Positions 8,684-16,515 of a DNA stretch of 33,080 nucleotides are shown one piece after another (positions within the stretch are counted from its first letter, which is position 1; each line of letters begins with the position of its first letter). The position numbers and the translations under genes are program-made. Source of the DNA: Alphaproteobacteria bacterium (GTDB lineage Bacteria; Pseudomonadota; Alphaproteobacteria; Caedimonadales; UBA9215). The DNA lies in NCBI GenBank assembly GCA_024280495.1, contig JAJRPZ010000050.1:1-33080 (forward strand), given 5' to 3'. The notes beneath the pieces are model-generated. The model was not told the DNA's origin. It saw only the letters and a program-made list of their open reading frames with translations, and did not search any database.

Positions 8684-8760
8684 GAGCGAGGGACCAACGT
8701 CTATAATTCATAGGCGCGGGAGTGATTAACGACGTCAGGAACCTTTTTGGAATGACTATA
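8654..8760. mobile_element. 107 bp palindromic element (MITE/RPE-like), family A
   Basis: Perfect 23 bp terminal inverted repeats TATAGTCATTCCAAAAAGGTTCC (8654-8676 / 8738-8760), internal hairpin, TA at both ends. Confidence 0.85.
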
Positions 8761-8792
8761 TAAAAACAATGTATAAAAACAATGTATAAAAA
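8759..8792 (+). repeat. 13 bp tandem repeat TATAAAAACAATG, about 2.6 copies
   Basis: Direct reading of 8759-8771, 8772-8784 and a partial third copy. Confidence 0.85.
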
Positions 8793-9825
8793 AACTATGA
8801 ATCATCCACATATACCCAATACAACTGATGAAAAAATTGGTGTTATTATCGTGAATCTCGGCACTCCCGATGAGTCTTCAACAAAGGCCGTGCGTCGCTA
8901 CCTCAAAGAATTTTTATCTGATCAACGCATTATTGCCCTTAATCCTTTATTATGGCAAATTATTTTACGCCTTTTAATTCTACCTTTTAGATCTTCTAAA
9001 ACAGCAAAAATTTATAAAAAAGTATGGCGTAACGATACCAATGAATCCCCTTTACGCTATTATACTAGGCGCCAAGCTGAACACCTAAAAGAACGTTTTA
9101 AAAACCATGATGGTATTATAGTTGATTACGCCATGCGTTATGGCAATCCCAGCCTTAGACTCGTCATTCATAACCTTCAAAAACGGGGATGTAATAAACT
9201 GGTAATTCTCCCCCTTTATCCTCAATATTCAGCCAGTACCACGGCTACGGTTAACGACGAAATATTCCGCGTTCTCATGAAAATGCGCTGGCAACCAACT
9301 GTGCGTATATGCCCCCCTTACGAAACTAATGTTCTTTATATAAAGGCCCTTAAAAACAGCATTCTTATACATTTAAAAAACATTGATTGGAAGCCTGACT
9401 ATCTCGTGGTTTCTTTTCATGGTATTCCCCTTGAATACGTAGAAAAAGGAGATCCCTATAAGGATTTTTGTGAAAGGACATTTAGGACACTTCAAAAAGA
9501 ATTACCAAAAAATACACCAAAATTAAAAATGACTTTTCAATCAAAGTTCGGTCCTAAAAAATGGCTTGAACCCTATACGGAAGAAACTTTAATAGATTTC
9601 GCAAATAAAGGTATTAAAAAAATTGCCATCATCGCGCCAGGGTTTGCAGCAGATTGCATAGAAACTCTCGAAGAATTACAAATAGAATGTGCGGAAATTT
9701 TCAAAAAATGCGGGGGCACACATTTTACTCAAATTCCTTGCAGCAATGATAGCGATGATGCCATTAACCTTTATGAATCTTTAATTCAAGAATCTCTTGG
9801 AAAGTGGGCTGAAAAAAACGCCTAA
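8782..9825 (+). CDS. hemH: Ferrochelatase (start 8782 or 8797)
   Basis: NLGTPD, LPLYPQYS, SFHGIP, GDPY, FQSKFG, WLEPYT, DCIETLEE. Confidence 0.97.
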   Translation: MYKKTMNHPHIPNTTDEKIGVIIVNLGTPDESSTKAVRRYLKEFLSDQRIIALNPLLWQIILRLLILPFRSSKTAKIYKKVWRNDTNESPLRYYTRRQAEHLKERFKNHDGIIVDYAMRYGNPSLRLVIHNLQKRGCNKLVILPLYPQYSASTTATVNDEIFRVLMKMRWQPTVRICPPYETNVLYIKALKNSILIHLKNIDWKPDYLVVSFHGIPLEYVEKGDPYKDFCERTFRTLQKELPKNTPKLKMTFQSKFGPKKWLEPYTEETLIDFANKGIKKIAIIAPGFAADCIETLEELQIECAEIFKKCGGTHFTQIPCSNDSDDAINLYESLIQESLGKWAEKNA

Positions 9826-9857
9826 ATGACGCACTTTATATATAATGAGACACTGAT

Positions 9858-9888
9858 AAAAAAGATCCCTGTAGGCGAACCTACAGGG
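9858..9888 (-). terminator. Rho-independent terminator
   Basis: 9 bp stem CCCTGTAGG/CCTACAGGG, UUCG loop on the minus strand, followed by ATCTTTTTT. Confidence 0.85.
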
Positions 9889-10009
9889 CAAGTACAGGGA
9901 GTGTGAATCTAGAAAACAGGAATAAACTAGACCCACGTATCATAAGCCATACACATAGCATATTGCTTACAACAAATTGTTTTAAAAAAAATCTTTAAAA
10001 CAGGTTACT
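9858..10009 (-). ncRNA. Candidate sRNA, alpha-r8 (suhB/MmgR)-like
   Basis: Consensus-like promoter, about 150 nt, CUCCCUGUACUUG immediately before the terminator hairpin; 5' end estimated. Confidence 0.65.
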
Positions 10010-10015
10010 CTGAAT

Positions 10016-10044
10016 ATATAGATACGTTGTTTCGTTTTGTCAAC
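10016..10044 (-). promoter_or_regulatory. Sigma70-type promoter GTTGAC-N17-CTATAT
   Basis: One mismatch to the alphaproteobacterial consensus CTTGAC-N17-CTATAT. Confidence 0.75.
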
Positions 10045-10128
10045 AGAAAAAAAAATTTTTCCTTAAAGAAAGATATTATTTTTTCTATTTCCCTTACCAA
10101 TAAGGGTTCCAGTTGAAATTCATAGAAT

Positions 10129-10233
10129 TATAGCTAATCATTTTTACGTTTACACTTTGTTGCTGCGCTTCTTTGCTATAAATATAGCCGTCGTCCCTTA
10201 CACCTCGTGCAAACAAAAAACTAATCAACTATA
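10129..10233. mobile_element. Palindromic element family B, copy 1
   Basis: Repeated at 28088-28193; imperfect ~27 bp terminal inverted repeats TATAG...CTATA; central GCTATAAATATAGC hairpin. Confidence 0.85.
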
Positions 10234-10253
10234 CAACCAATTCGAAAACCTCA

Positions 10254-11240
10254 CTAGGAACTTTTCGATTTAGCAAATTCTATGATGACTTCATTACCAG
10301 AGCGCCATCTTGCATATTCTTTGTCATGCTTATATTGACTTTTTAAAGTTTTTATAAATTCTTTAAATGCGCCTTTAGAAAGTTTTTTCAGAGCATCAGC
10401 CATTGTTTTAATACTGCGGGGTTTATCAAGGGATAATTCTTCAATTTTTTCCTTTGATGCTTTATTAATAAGCTCTAGGTATTTTTTTGCTACAACGGGA
10501 ATAATAACTTTTTCTATACGTTTTTTTGCCTGTGACTTCTTAGATCTTGTTAAGCTTTTGAAAAATGAAACGCCATGGTTGACTTTTTCTGAAAAAGCTG
10601 CAATGCCATATTCTTCGAATTTAACAAAAACAAGCTCAGGGTGCTTCTCACCAAGGAAGACAATTTTCCCAAAAAGAACGTGTTTTTTCTTATGGGGTAA
10701 AAGTGCAATTGATTTCATTTTAGCTTCAAACCTAATATCAATACCAAATTGACTGGCTGGACTTTCTTCTTTGTAATGACTGGATTTATTTTTCTTAGGA
10801 CTTCTATCATAGGCAAAATATTTGGATTGTTTACTGGCTACCTGTACATATTTACGTAAAAATTGATACAACTTTTGACCACCATCAACAATTTTATAGG
10901 AAACGCTACTTCCCTTAACGCCTTGTTCTTGACCTTTTTTATGTATGTACCAGACAACAGCCACAATTTTAGCTAAGTACTCTTGCCTTGCTGCACTTAC
11001 CTCTATTTCTTTCTCTGTTTTTTTAGACCCTCTCTTTTTTTTACCATTTTCTGAAACAAGTAAGGGAAGCACTTTAATGTCCGTAAGATTTCCTTTACCA
11101 TAAATGGCATTAACCACCCTACTTCCCTTATACACAAGACTTTCTTCTAGAGGGGTGGTCATTTTCTTTTTATATGACATAGCAGCAAAAGAAGTCGTTG
11201 AAAAACAAATTAAAAAGACAAAAATAAAGCTTTTTCTCAT
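10254..11240 (-). CDS. Hypothetical secreted lysine-rich protein
   Basis: 328 aa ORF; signal peptide MRKSFIFVFLICFSTTSFA; AAGGA RBS. Confidence 0.8.
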   Translation of the reverse strand: MRKSFIFVFLICFSTTSFAAMSYKKKMTTPLEESLVYKGSRVVNAIYGKGNLTDIKVLPLLVSENGKKKRGSKKTEKEIEVSAARQEYLAKIVAVVWYIHKKGQEQGVKGSSVSYKIVDGGQKLYQFLRKYVQVASKQSKYFAYDRSPKKNKSSHYKEESPASQFGIDIRFEAKMKSIALLPHKKKHVLFGKIVFLGEKHPELVFVKFEEYGIAAFSEKVNHGVSFFKSLTRSKKSQAKKRIEKVIIPVVAKKYLELINKASKEKIEELSLDKPRSIKTMADALKKLSKGAFKEFIKTLKSQYKHDKEYARWRSGNEVIIEFAKSKSS

Positions 11241-11275
11241 AGGGTAATCCTTTCATAATATACAAAAAGAATACT

Positions 11276-11299
11276 GTTAAAACATTAATAATGCCTTAA
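11276..11299. promoter_or_regulatory. CtrA-like box(es)
   Basis: TTAA-taatgcc-TTAA at 11285-11299 plus an overlapping one-mismatch site at 11276-11291. Confidence 0.4.
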
Positions 11300-11323
11300 T
11301 AAAACGAGCGAAAACAGGTCTAA

Positions 11324-12754
11324 TTAAATATGAATGACTTGGTCATAAGCATCCAAGGTTGCTTCATGCATCATTTCAGACAATGTGGGATGTGGAAAAA
11401 TAGTTTGCATTAATTCTGCTTCGGTGGCTTCAAGGGTTAAGGCAATGGCAAATCCTTGAATCATTTCAGTGACCTCTGCTCCAACCAAATGTGCACCAAT
11501 AAAAGCTCCTGTTTTGGCATCAAAAATCGCTTTCATCATACCATTGGTTTCTCCCATGGCGATGGCCTTGCCGTTACCCACAAAGGAAAAGCGGCCAATC
11601 TTAACTTCTATTCCCTGTTCCTTTGCCTTTTTTTCCGTCAAGCCAATGCTGGCAATTTGAGGATGGGCATAGGTACATCCAGGAACCGCCCCTTTATTGA
11701 TGGGATGCGCCGTTAATGATCCTGATATTTTTTCAGCAACCATAACGCCTTCATGACTTGCTTTATGGGCGAGCCATGGGGCACCTGCGACATCACCGAT
11801 AGCATAAACACCAGGCTCGTGGGTTTGACCCCACTCATTGGTTTTGATTTGATTGCGTTCAACTTGAACATTTGTCGATTCAAGACCCAGGTCATCTGTA
11901 TTTCCGATAACGCCAATAGCCACAATCATACGGTCAAACTCTTGGGGAGTTCCGTCATTTTCATGATCAACGCCTAAAATCGTTGCCGTTAAAGCATCAT
12001 TGTTAATATTAATATTAGACACAGTCGCATTTTTATAAATCTTAAAACCCTGATTTATAAAAGATTTTTCAGCAAATTTTGAAATCTCATCATCTTCAGA
12101 CGGCAAGATACGATCTTGCATTTCAACAACAGTGACTTCTGACCCAAGCCCATTGTAAAAACTCGCAAATTCAATACCAATGGCGCCAGAGCCAACAACC
12201 AAAAGTTTTTTTGGCAGCTCCTTTGCCACCATAGCTTCTCTAGCACTCCAGACGATATCATTATTTTCATCAAGATCAGGAAGCTTTCTTGCACGAGCCC
12301 CCGTGGCAATTACAATATTTTTAGCCATAATTCTTGATTCTTTTTGATGGGCATCCCTAACAGAAATCACATGGGCATCAGCCTCTTTACCAGCAAAGGT
12401 CCCACGACCATTAATAACAGTTACTTTATTCTTTTTTAATAAGTGTTTCACACCACCAGCCAATTTTTCTGAAACGTCACGGCTACGCTTAATAATAGCC
12501 TTAAAATCAATATCGAGCTTAGCAACTTTGATACCAAATTCAGCGGCGTTTGTAATTGTTTGAAAAAGTTCTGATGAACGAAGAAGGGCTTTTGTAGGAA
12601 TGCAACCCCAATTCAAGCAAACGCCACCGAGGTGCTTTTCCTCAATCAAACCAACAGACAAGCCCAATTGAGCTGCACGAATTCCCGCCACATACCCACC
12701 AGGGCCTGCGCCCAAAATCACAACATCAAATTTTTTATTTATTTCGGTGGTCAT
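11324..12754 (-). CDS. lpdA: Dihydrolipoyl dehydrogenase (E3)
   Basis: GAGPGGY, GGVCLNWGCIPTK, HPTLSE. Confidence 0.98.
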   Translation of the reverse strand: MTTEINKKFDVVILGAGPGGYVAGIRAAQLGLSVGLIEEKHLGGVCLNWGCIPTKALLRSSELFQTITNAAEFGIKVAKLDIDFKAIIKRSRDVSEKLAGGVKHLLKKNKVTVINGRGTFAGKEADAHVISVRDAHQKESRIMAKNIVIATGARARKLPDLDENNDIVWSAREAMVAKELPKKLLVVGSGAIGIEFASFYNGLGSEVTVVEMQDRILPSEDDEISKFAEKSFINQGFKIYKNATVSNININNDALTATILGVDHENDGTPQEFDRMIVAIGVIGNTDDLGLESTNVQVERNQIKTNEWGQTHEPGVYAIGDVAGAPWLAHKASHEGVMVAEKISGSLTAHPINKGAVPGCTYAHPQIASIGLTEKKAKEQGIEVKIGRFSFVGNGKAIAMGETNGMMKAIFDAKTGAFIGAHLVGAEVTEMIQGFAIALTLEATEAELMQTIFPHPTLSEMMHEATLDAYDQVIHI

Positions 12755-12853
12755 ATGAAAATCTCCAGATATAAAAAAAGGCTCGTATAATACAAATACA
12801 AGCCTTTGGTTAAAGGGTAAAGAAAGATTTTTTAAAACCCGAAAATTAAATAA

Positions 12854-14116
12854 CTAAACTTTCATAAATGCCGGAATTGCCTCGCCGAAACCTTCGCAAG
12901 GACGACCAGAAAAAGAAAAATTTGTCACTTTTGTAGGTTTCCGATAGCCAATATCTTTGAAGGGATTAAACTCAAGCTCTTCTTTAGCATCAATGCGCTT
13001 TGCATCTTTGGGCATAAGATGTTTCATGGCTAAATATAATTTTGACATTTCACTGTCAACAAAAGTATAGGCCTTTCCCTTGTTTCCAGCACGGCCCGTG
13101 CGACCCACGCGATGTACGTAATCATCGGCATTTACGGGCACATCAAAATTAATAACATAAGGCATCAAGGCAACATCAATGCCACGCGCTGCGATATCGC
13201 TGGCGATTAAAAGGGATACTTTTTTGTCTTTAAAATCATTGAGCATCTCAACCCGTGCCCCCTGGGTCATATCACCATGCATGGCACCAGCGCTTATTTT
13301 ATAGCGTGCAAGAGATTTAGCCAAACCATCAACATCAATTTTTCGGTTACAAAAAATAATAGCTTGTTCTATTTTTTCCAGGCGAATTAATTCACGAAGG
13401 GCCGCCCGTTTTTCATGATCTTTACCTGCATTATAGATAAAGGCCTGCTCGACATTTTCAGCTGACTTATTTTCAGATTCAATTTCAATCTGTTTCGGAT
13501 TTTTAAGTATGCTGTCCACAAGCTTTTGAATGGGTTTAGCCATAGTTGCGGATAAACAAAGTTTTTGTGGATTGTTTTTTGCAGGCACGAGGCCAATGAT
13601 TTTTTCAATATCAGGTATAAACCCCATATCAAGCATGCGATCTGCTTCGTCAATGACGATCATAGAGATATCAAGAAAACTGGCATTACCACGTTCAAAA
13701 TGGTCCAGCAAACGCCCTGGCGTTGCTATAATAACGTCCGTTCCAGCTTTTAATGCTTTTTCTTGCAAGTAAGGAGATTCTCCACCAATCACAACTACAT
13801 AGGAAAAATCATCAATATATTTTCCCATGGAATCAAAACTTTCGGCAACTTGTTGTGCGAGTTCACGAGTGGGTACAAGAATTAAACCACGGGCCAATTT
13901 TGCACGTTTACGTGTTGAGCTGAGGATATCAAGAATAGGCAATGTATACGCAGCGGTCTTCCCTGATCCTGTTTGGGCAAGGGCACACACGTCTTTTCCC
14001 ATAAGTGCTTGGGGGATAACTTGTTCTTGAATCGGTGTCGGATTCGTAAAACCAAGATCTTTAAGTCCTTTAAGGACATTTTCTGAAAGAGGAAGATCCT
14101 CAAAAGTAACTGACAA
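12854..14116 (-). CDS. DEAD-box RNA helicase (RhlE-like), TTG start
   Basis: AQTGSGKT, PTRELA, TPGR, DEAD, SAT, ARGID, HRVGRTGRAG. Confidence 0.96.
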   Translation of the reverse strand: MSVTFEDLPLSENVLKGLKDLGFTNPTPIQEQVIPQALMGKDVCALAQTGSGKTAAYTLPILDILSSTRKRAKLARGLILVPTRELAQQVAESFDSMGKYIDDFSYVVVIGGESPYLQEKALKAGTDVIIATPGRLLDHFERGNASFLDISMIVIDEADRMLDMGFIPDIEKIIGLVPAKNNPQKLCLSATMAKPIQKLVDSILKNPKQIEIESENKSAENVEQAFIYNAGKDHEKRAALRELIRLEKIEQAIIFCNRKIDVDGLAKSLARYKISAGAMHGDMTQGARVEMLNDFKDKKVSLLIASDIAARGIDVALMPYVINFDVPVNADDYVHRVGRTGRAGNKGKAYTFVDSEMSKLYLAMKHLMPKDAKRIDAKEELEFNPFKDIGYRKPTKVTNFSFSGRPCEGFGEAIPAFMKV

Positions 14117-14208
14117 ATGAAATACTTTATAATAATGAATGTTAAATTAACGTTTCATATTTGGGGTTTTTCAGGTGAAATGTCAAGCTATTTAAAGCCA
14201 TTTTCCAA

Positions 14209-14478
14209 CTAAAGACCAAATTGACGGCGTAATTTTTCGTTTTGATCCCCTATATCTTCAACAAAAGTCTCTTTTTTTATTGTTTTTGACCGTTGATCAA
14301 CGAGGGGCTTTTCTTGAACTTGTTTTTTAAAAACGGGACGTTCTGGCACGGAATGAAGGGAGGGAAAAAGAGCCTCAGTATCGGTATCTTTTACTCTAAC
14401 TTTAGAACCAACGGAACATCCCAATAAGGAAATACTTATAGTAATCAAAAAGAAGGCATTTATTGTTTTTTTTAACAT
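14209..14478 (-). CDS. Small hypothetical lipoprotein
   Basis: Lipobox LLGC; FPSLHSVPERP; 10 bp downstream of hemB. Confidence 0.7.
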   Translation of the reverse strand: MLKKTINAFFLITISISLLGCSVGSKVRVKDTDTEALFPSLHSVPERPVFKKQVQEKPLVDQRSKTIKKETFVEDIGDQNEKLRRQFGL

Positions 14479-14488
14479 GATTTTTTCA

Positions 14489-15538
14489 CTAACTAGCAGA
14501 TTCGTAACCTAATTTTTCGTATTTTTTTTCAGCCAAATTTTCTGCCACTCTAACGGCACCATAAGTTATAATAGCATTAGAGCCAGCGCGCTTAAAACAC
14601 ATCATTGATTCCATAAGGGCTTCATCGAAATCAAAACACCCCTCTTTGGCAGCATAATAAAGCATAGCGTATTCTGCACTCACATGAAAAGATATAACGG
14701 GTAATTTAAAGGTTTCTTTTACCTGATGAACAATATCTAGGTAGTGCAAACCAGGCTTTATAATCACACTATCAGCCCCTTCTTGAACATCCATGGCTAC
14801 TTCGCGCAAGGCCTCATCGCTGTTGGCAGGATCCATTTGATACGTTTTCTTGTCAGCAATACCAAGACAATTTTTTGATCCCAAAGCATCACGAAAGGGA
14901 CCATATAAACAACTAGCATATTTTGCAGCATAGGACATTAATTGAACATGTTGGAAACCGTGTGTATCTAGAATTTCACGCAATGCGCCAATTCGCCCAT
15001 CCATCATTTCCGAGGGGGCGATAATATCAGCCCCTGCCCTTGCTTGTATGAGAGCGTGTTTTTTCAAGGCCTCAAGGGTTAAGTCATTATCAACTTCAGA
15101 TCCAATAATTAAGCCATCTTGACCATGATTAGTGTAAGGGTCCAAAGCAACATCGGTAATGATAGCAAGATTCGGAAATTTTTCTTTGATGGCATTAACG
15201 GCTTTACAAAGTAAACCTTTTTCATTAAAAGCTTCGCTAGCTTTAGAATCCCTTTTTAAAGGGTTAACTACAACAAAAAGCATAAGCATTTGAATGCCAA
15301 GGGAAGTAGCATACTTGAGTTCATTTAAAAGCTCCGCAATCAAATAACGTTTTACCCCTGGGAGTGCCTTAAAATTTGGCGACACGGATTCTTCACGGAT
15401 AAAAACGGGCCAAATAAGATTTGAAGATTTTAATGTATTTTCCGCCAACATATCCCTTGACCAAACCGTTGAGCGTGCGCGGCGCAAGCGTGTTTTTGGA
15501 AAAGAACCCGTTATTAGCGTTGTTTCTTTTTTAGGCAT
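14489..15538 (-). CDS. hemB: Porphobilinogen synthase
   Basis: DVALDPYTNHGQDG, APSEMMDGRI, YGPFRDA, YQMDPAN, IIKPG. Confidence 0.98.
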   Translation of the reverse strand: MPKKETTLITGSFPKTRLRRARSTVWSRDMLAENTLKSSNLIWPVFIREESVSPNFKALPGVKRYLIAELLNELKYATSLGIQMLMLFVVVNPLKRDSKASEAFNEKGLLCKAVNAIKEKFPNLAIITDVALDPYTNHGQDGLIIGSEVDNDLTLEALKKHALIQARAGADIIAPSEMMDGRIGALREILDTHGFQHVQLMSYAAKYASCLYGPFRDALGSKNCLGIADKKTYQMDPANSDEALREVAMDVQEGADSVIIKPGLHYLDIVHQVKETFKLPVISFHVSAEYAMLYYAAKEGCFDFDEALMESMMCFKRAGSNAIITYGAVRVAENLAEKKYEKLGYESAS

Positions 15539-15646
15539 TGATACCTTATTACTTTTTGAATTTAAATTCTTTCAACAGAGTATCAGGAGATAAGGCTTCT
15601 GCCAATGGAAAGCCCTATTAAAAATGCAATATCATATATAATAAAG

Positions 15647-15676
15647 AAAAAATCCGAGTTTTATAAAAGTCTCGGA
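15647..15676 (-). terminator. Probable Rho-independent terminator of the 15712-16236 gene
   Basis: TCCGAG/CTCGGA stem followed by a T-run on the minus strand. Confidence 0.55.
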
Positions 15677-15711
15677 ATTATTATCAACTAAAATTAGATT
15701 CTATTGGGTAA

Positions 15712-16236
15712 TTAATCAAAATTTCCAGACAATATTTTTTCTTTGAATTTCTTTAATGCTTGAACAAAAACTTTGGAGCGTGAGCCAGAGAACCTCGTCA
15801 GTAAACCAGCATATGAACTTTCTTCCATTTCACTTATAAGCCTATCTAACTCTTCAGGGCTTTCTCTAAATTCATATCCGTATCCTCCTAATTTATTTTC
15901 AATAATTGCATCTGCAAGAGCTGATACTCCCGGTGAGTTATGCTTTTTTTGACCATTTAAATCAGCGATACGTTTGAAAACATCATATAGTGAAACAATA
16001 TCAAGAGCATTAATTCGATTGTAGTTATAAAAAAAACCAGCTGGATTTTCAGGTAATCCCTCACTCCTTTCGTAGGCCTTCTTTAAGGTAGTGTCTTTAT
16101 TGTTATCATAAAAGTTTAACGTATTAATTGACCTCGTTATCATTTCTTCTTGCGAAACAATATCCGTTGCCGATGCGTAATTTGTTGAATAAGAAATTAT
16201 TGCAAAAACAATTAAAATTGATTTAAAATAATTCAT
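15712..16236 (-). CDS. Hypothetical secreted protein
   Basis: AAGGAG RBS before ATG 16236; signal peptide MNYFKSILIVFAIISYSTNYASA. Confidence 0.75.
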   Translation of the reverse strand: MNYFKSILIVFAIISYSTNYASATDIVSQEEMITRSINTLNFYDNNKDTTLKKAYERSEGLPENPAGFFYNYNRINALDIVSLYDVFKRIADLNGQKKHNSPGVSALADAIIENKLGGYGYEFRESPEELDRLISEMEESSYAGLLTRFSGSRSKVFVQALKKFKEKILSGNFD

Positions 16237-16376
16237 AAAAAAACTCCTTTGCTTATTATTTAATTTTTCTTTTTTCACCTAAAACCAAACTCTACAACTT
16301 ATTCAAAATGCGAAATAAAGTTTTTGTTGTTTTTATTTTTTACAAACACTAACCATTTAAATATAGAACAAATACT

Positions 16377-16391
16377 TTAAGAAATTATTAA
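16377..16391. promoter_or_regulatory. CtrA-like box
   Basis: TTAA-gaaatta-TTAA upstream of the secretin gene. Confidence 0.35.
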
Positions 16392-16515
16392 ATAGTTGTT
16401 TTTTAATGATTACCAAAAAGGACTTTACAGAGGGGGGAATATAGTGTGAAATTATAACAAATTTAAATCAAAGTGATGTTTTTATACTTACTTTGAGGTA
16501 ATCAGGGAGTTTACA

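Noticed and set aside
9880..9925. Plus-strand CAGGGA/CAGGA motifs as a CsrB/RsmZ-like sponge for the local CsrA
   Set aside because: Only two GGA motifs; promoter, UUCG loop and U-tail all point to minus-strand transcription
8654..10233. CRISPR array or autonomous IS
   Set aside because: Repeats are dispersed palindromes without spacers; no cas or transposase gene present
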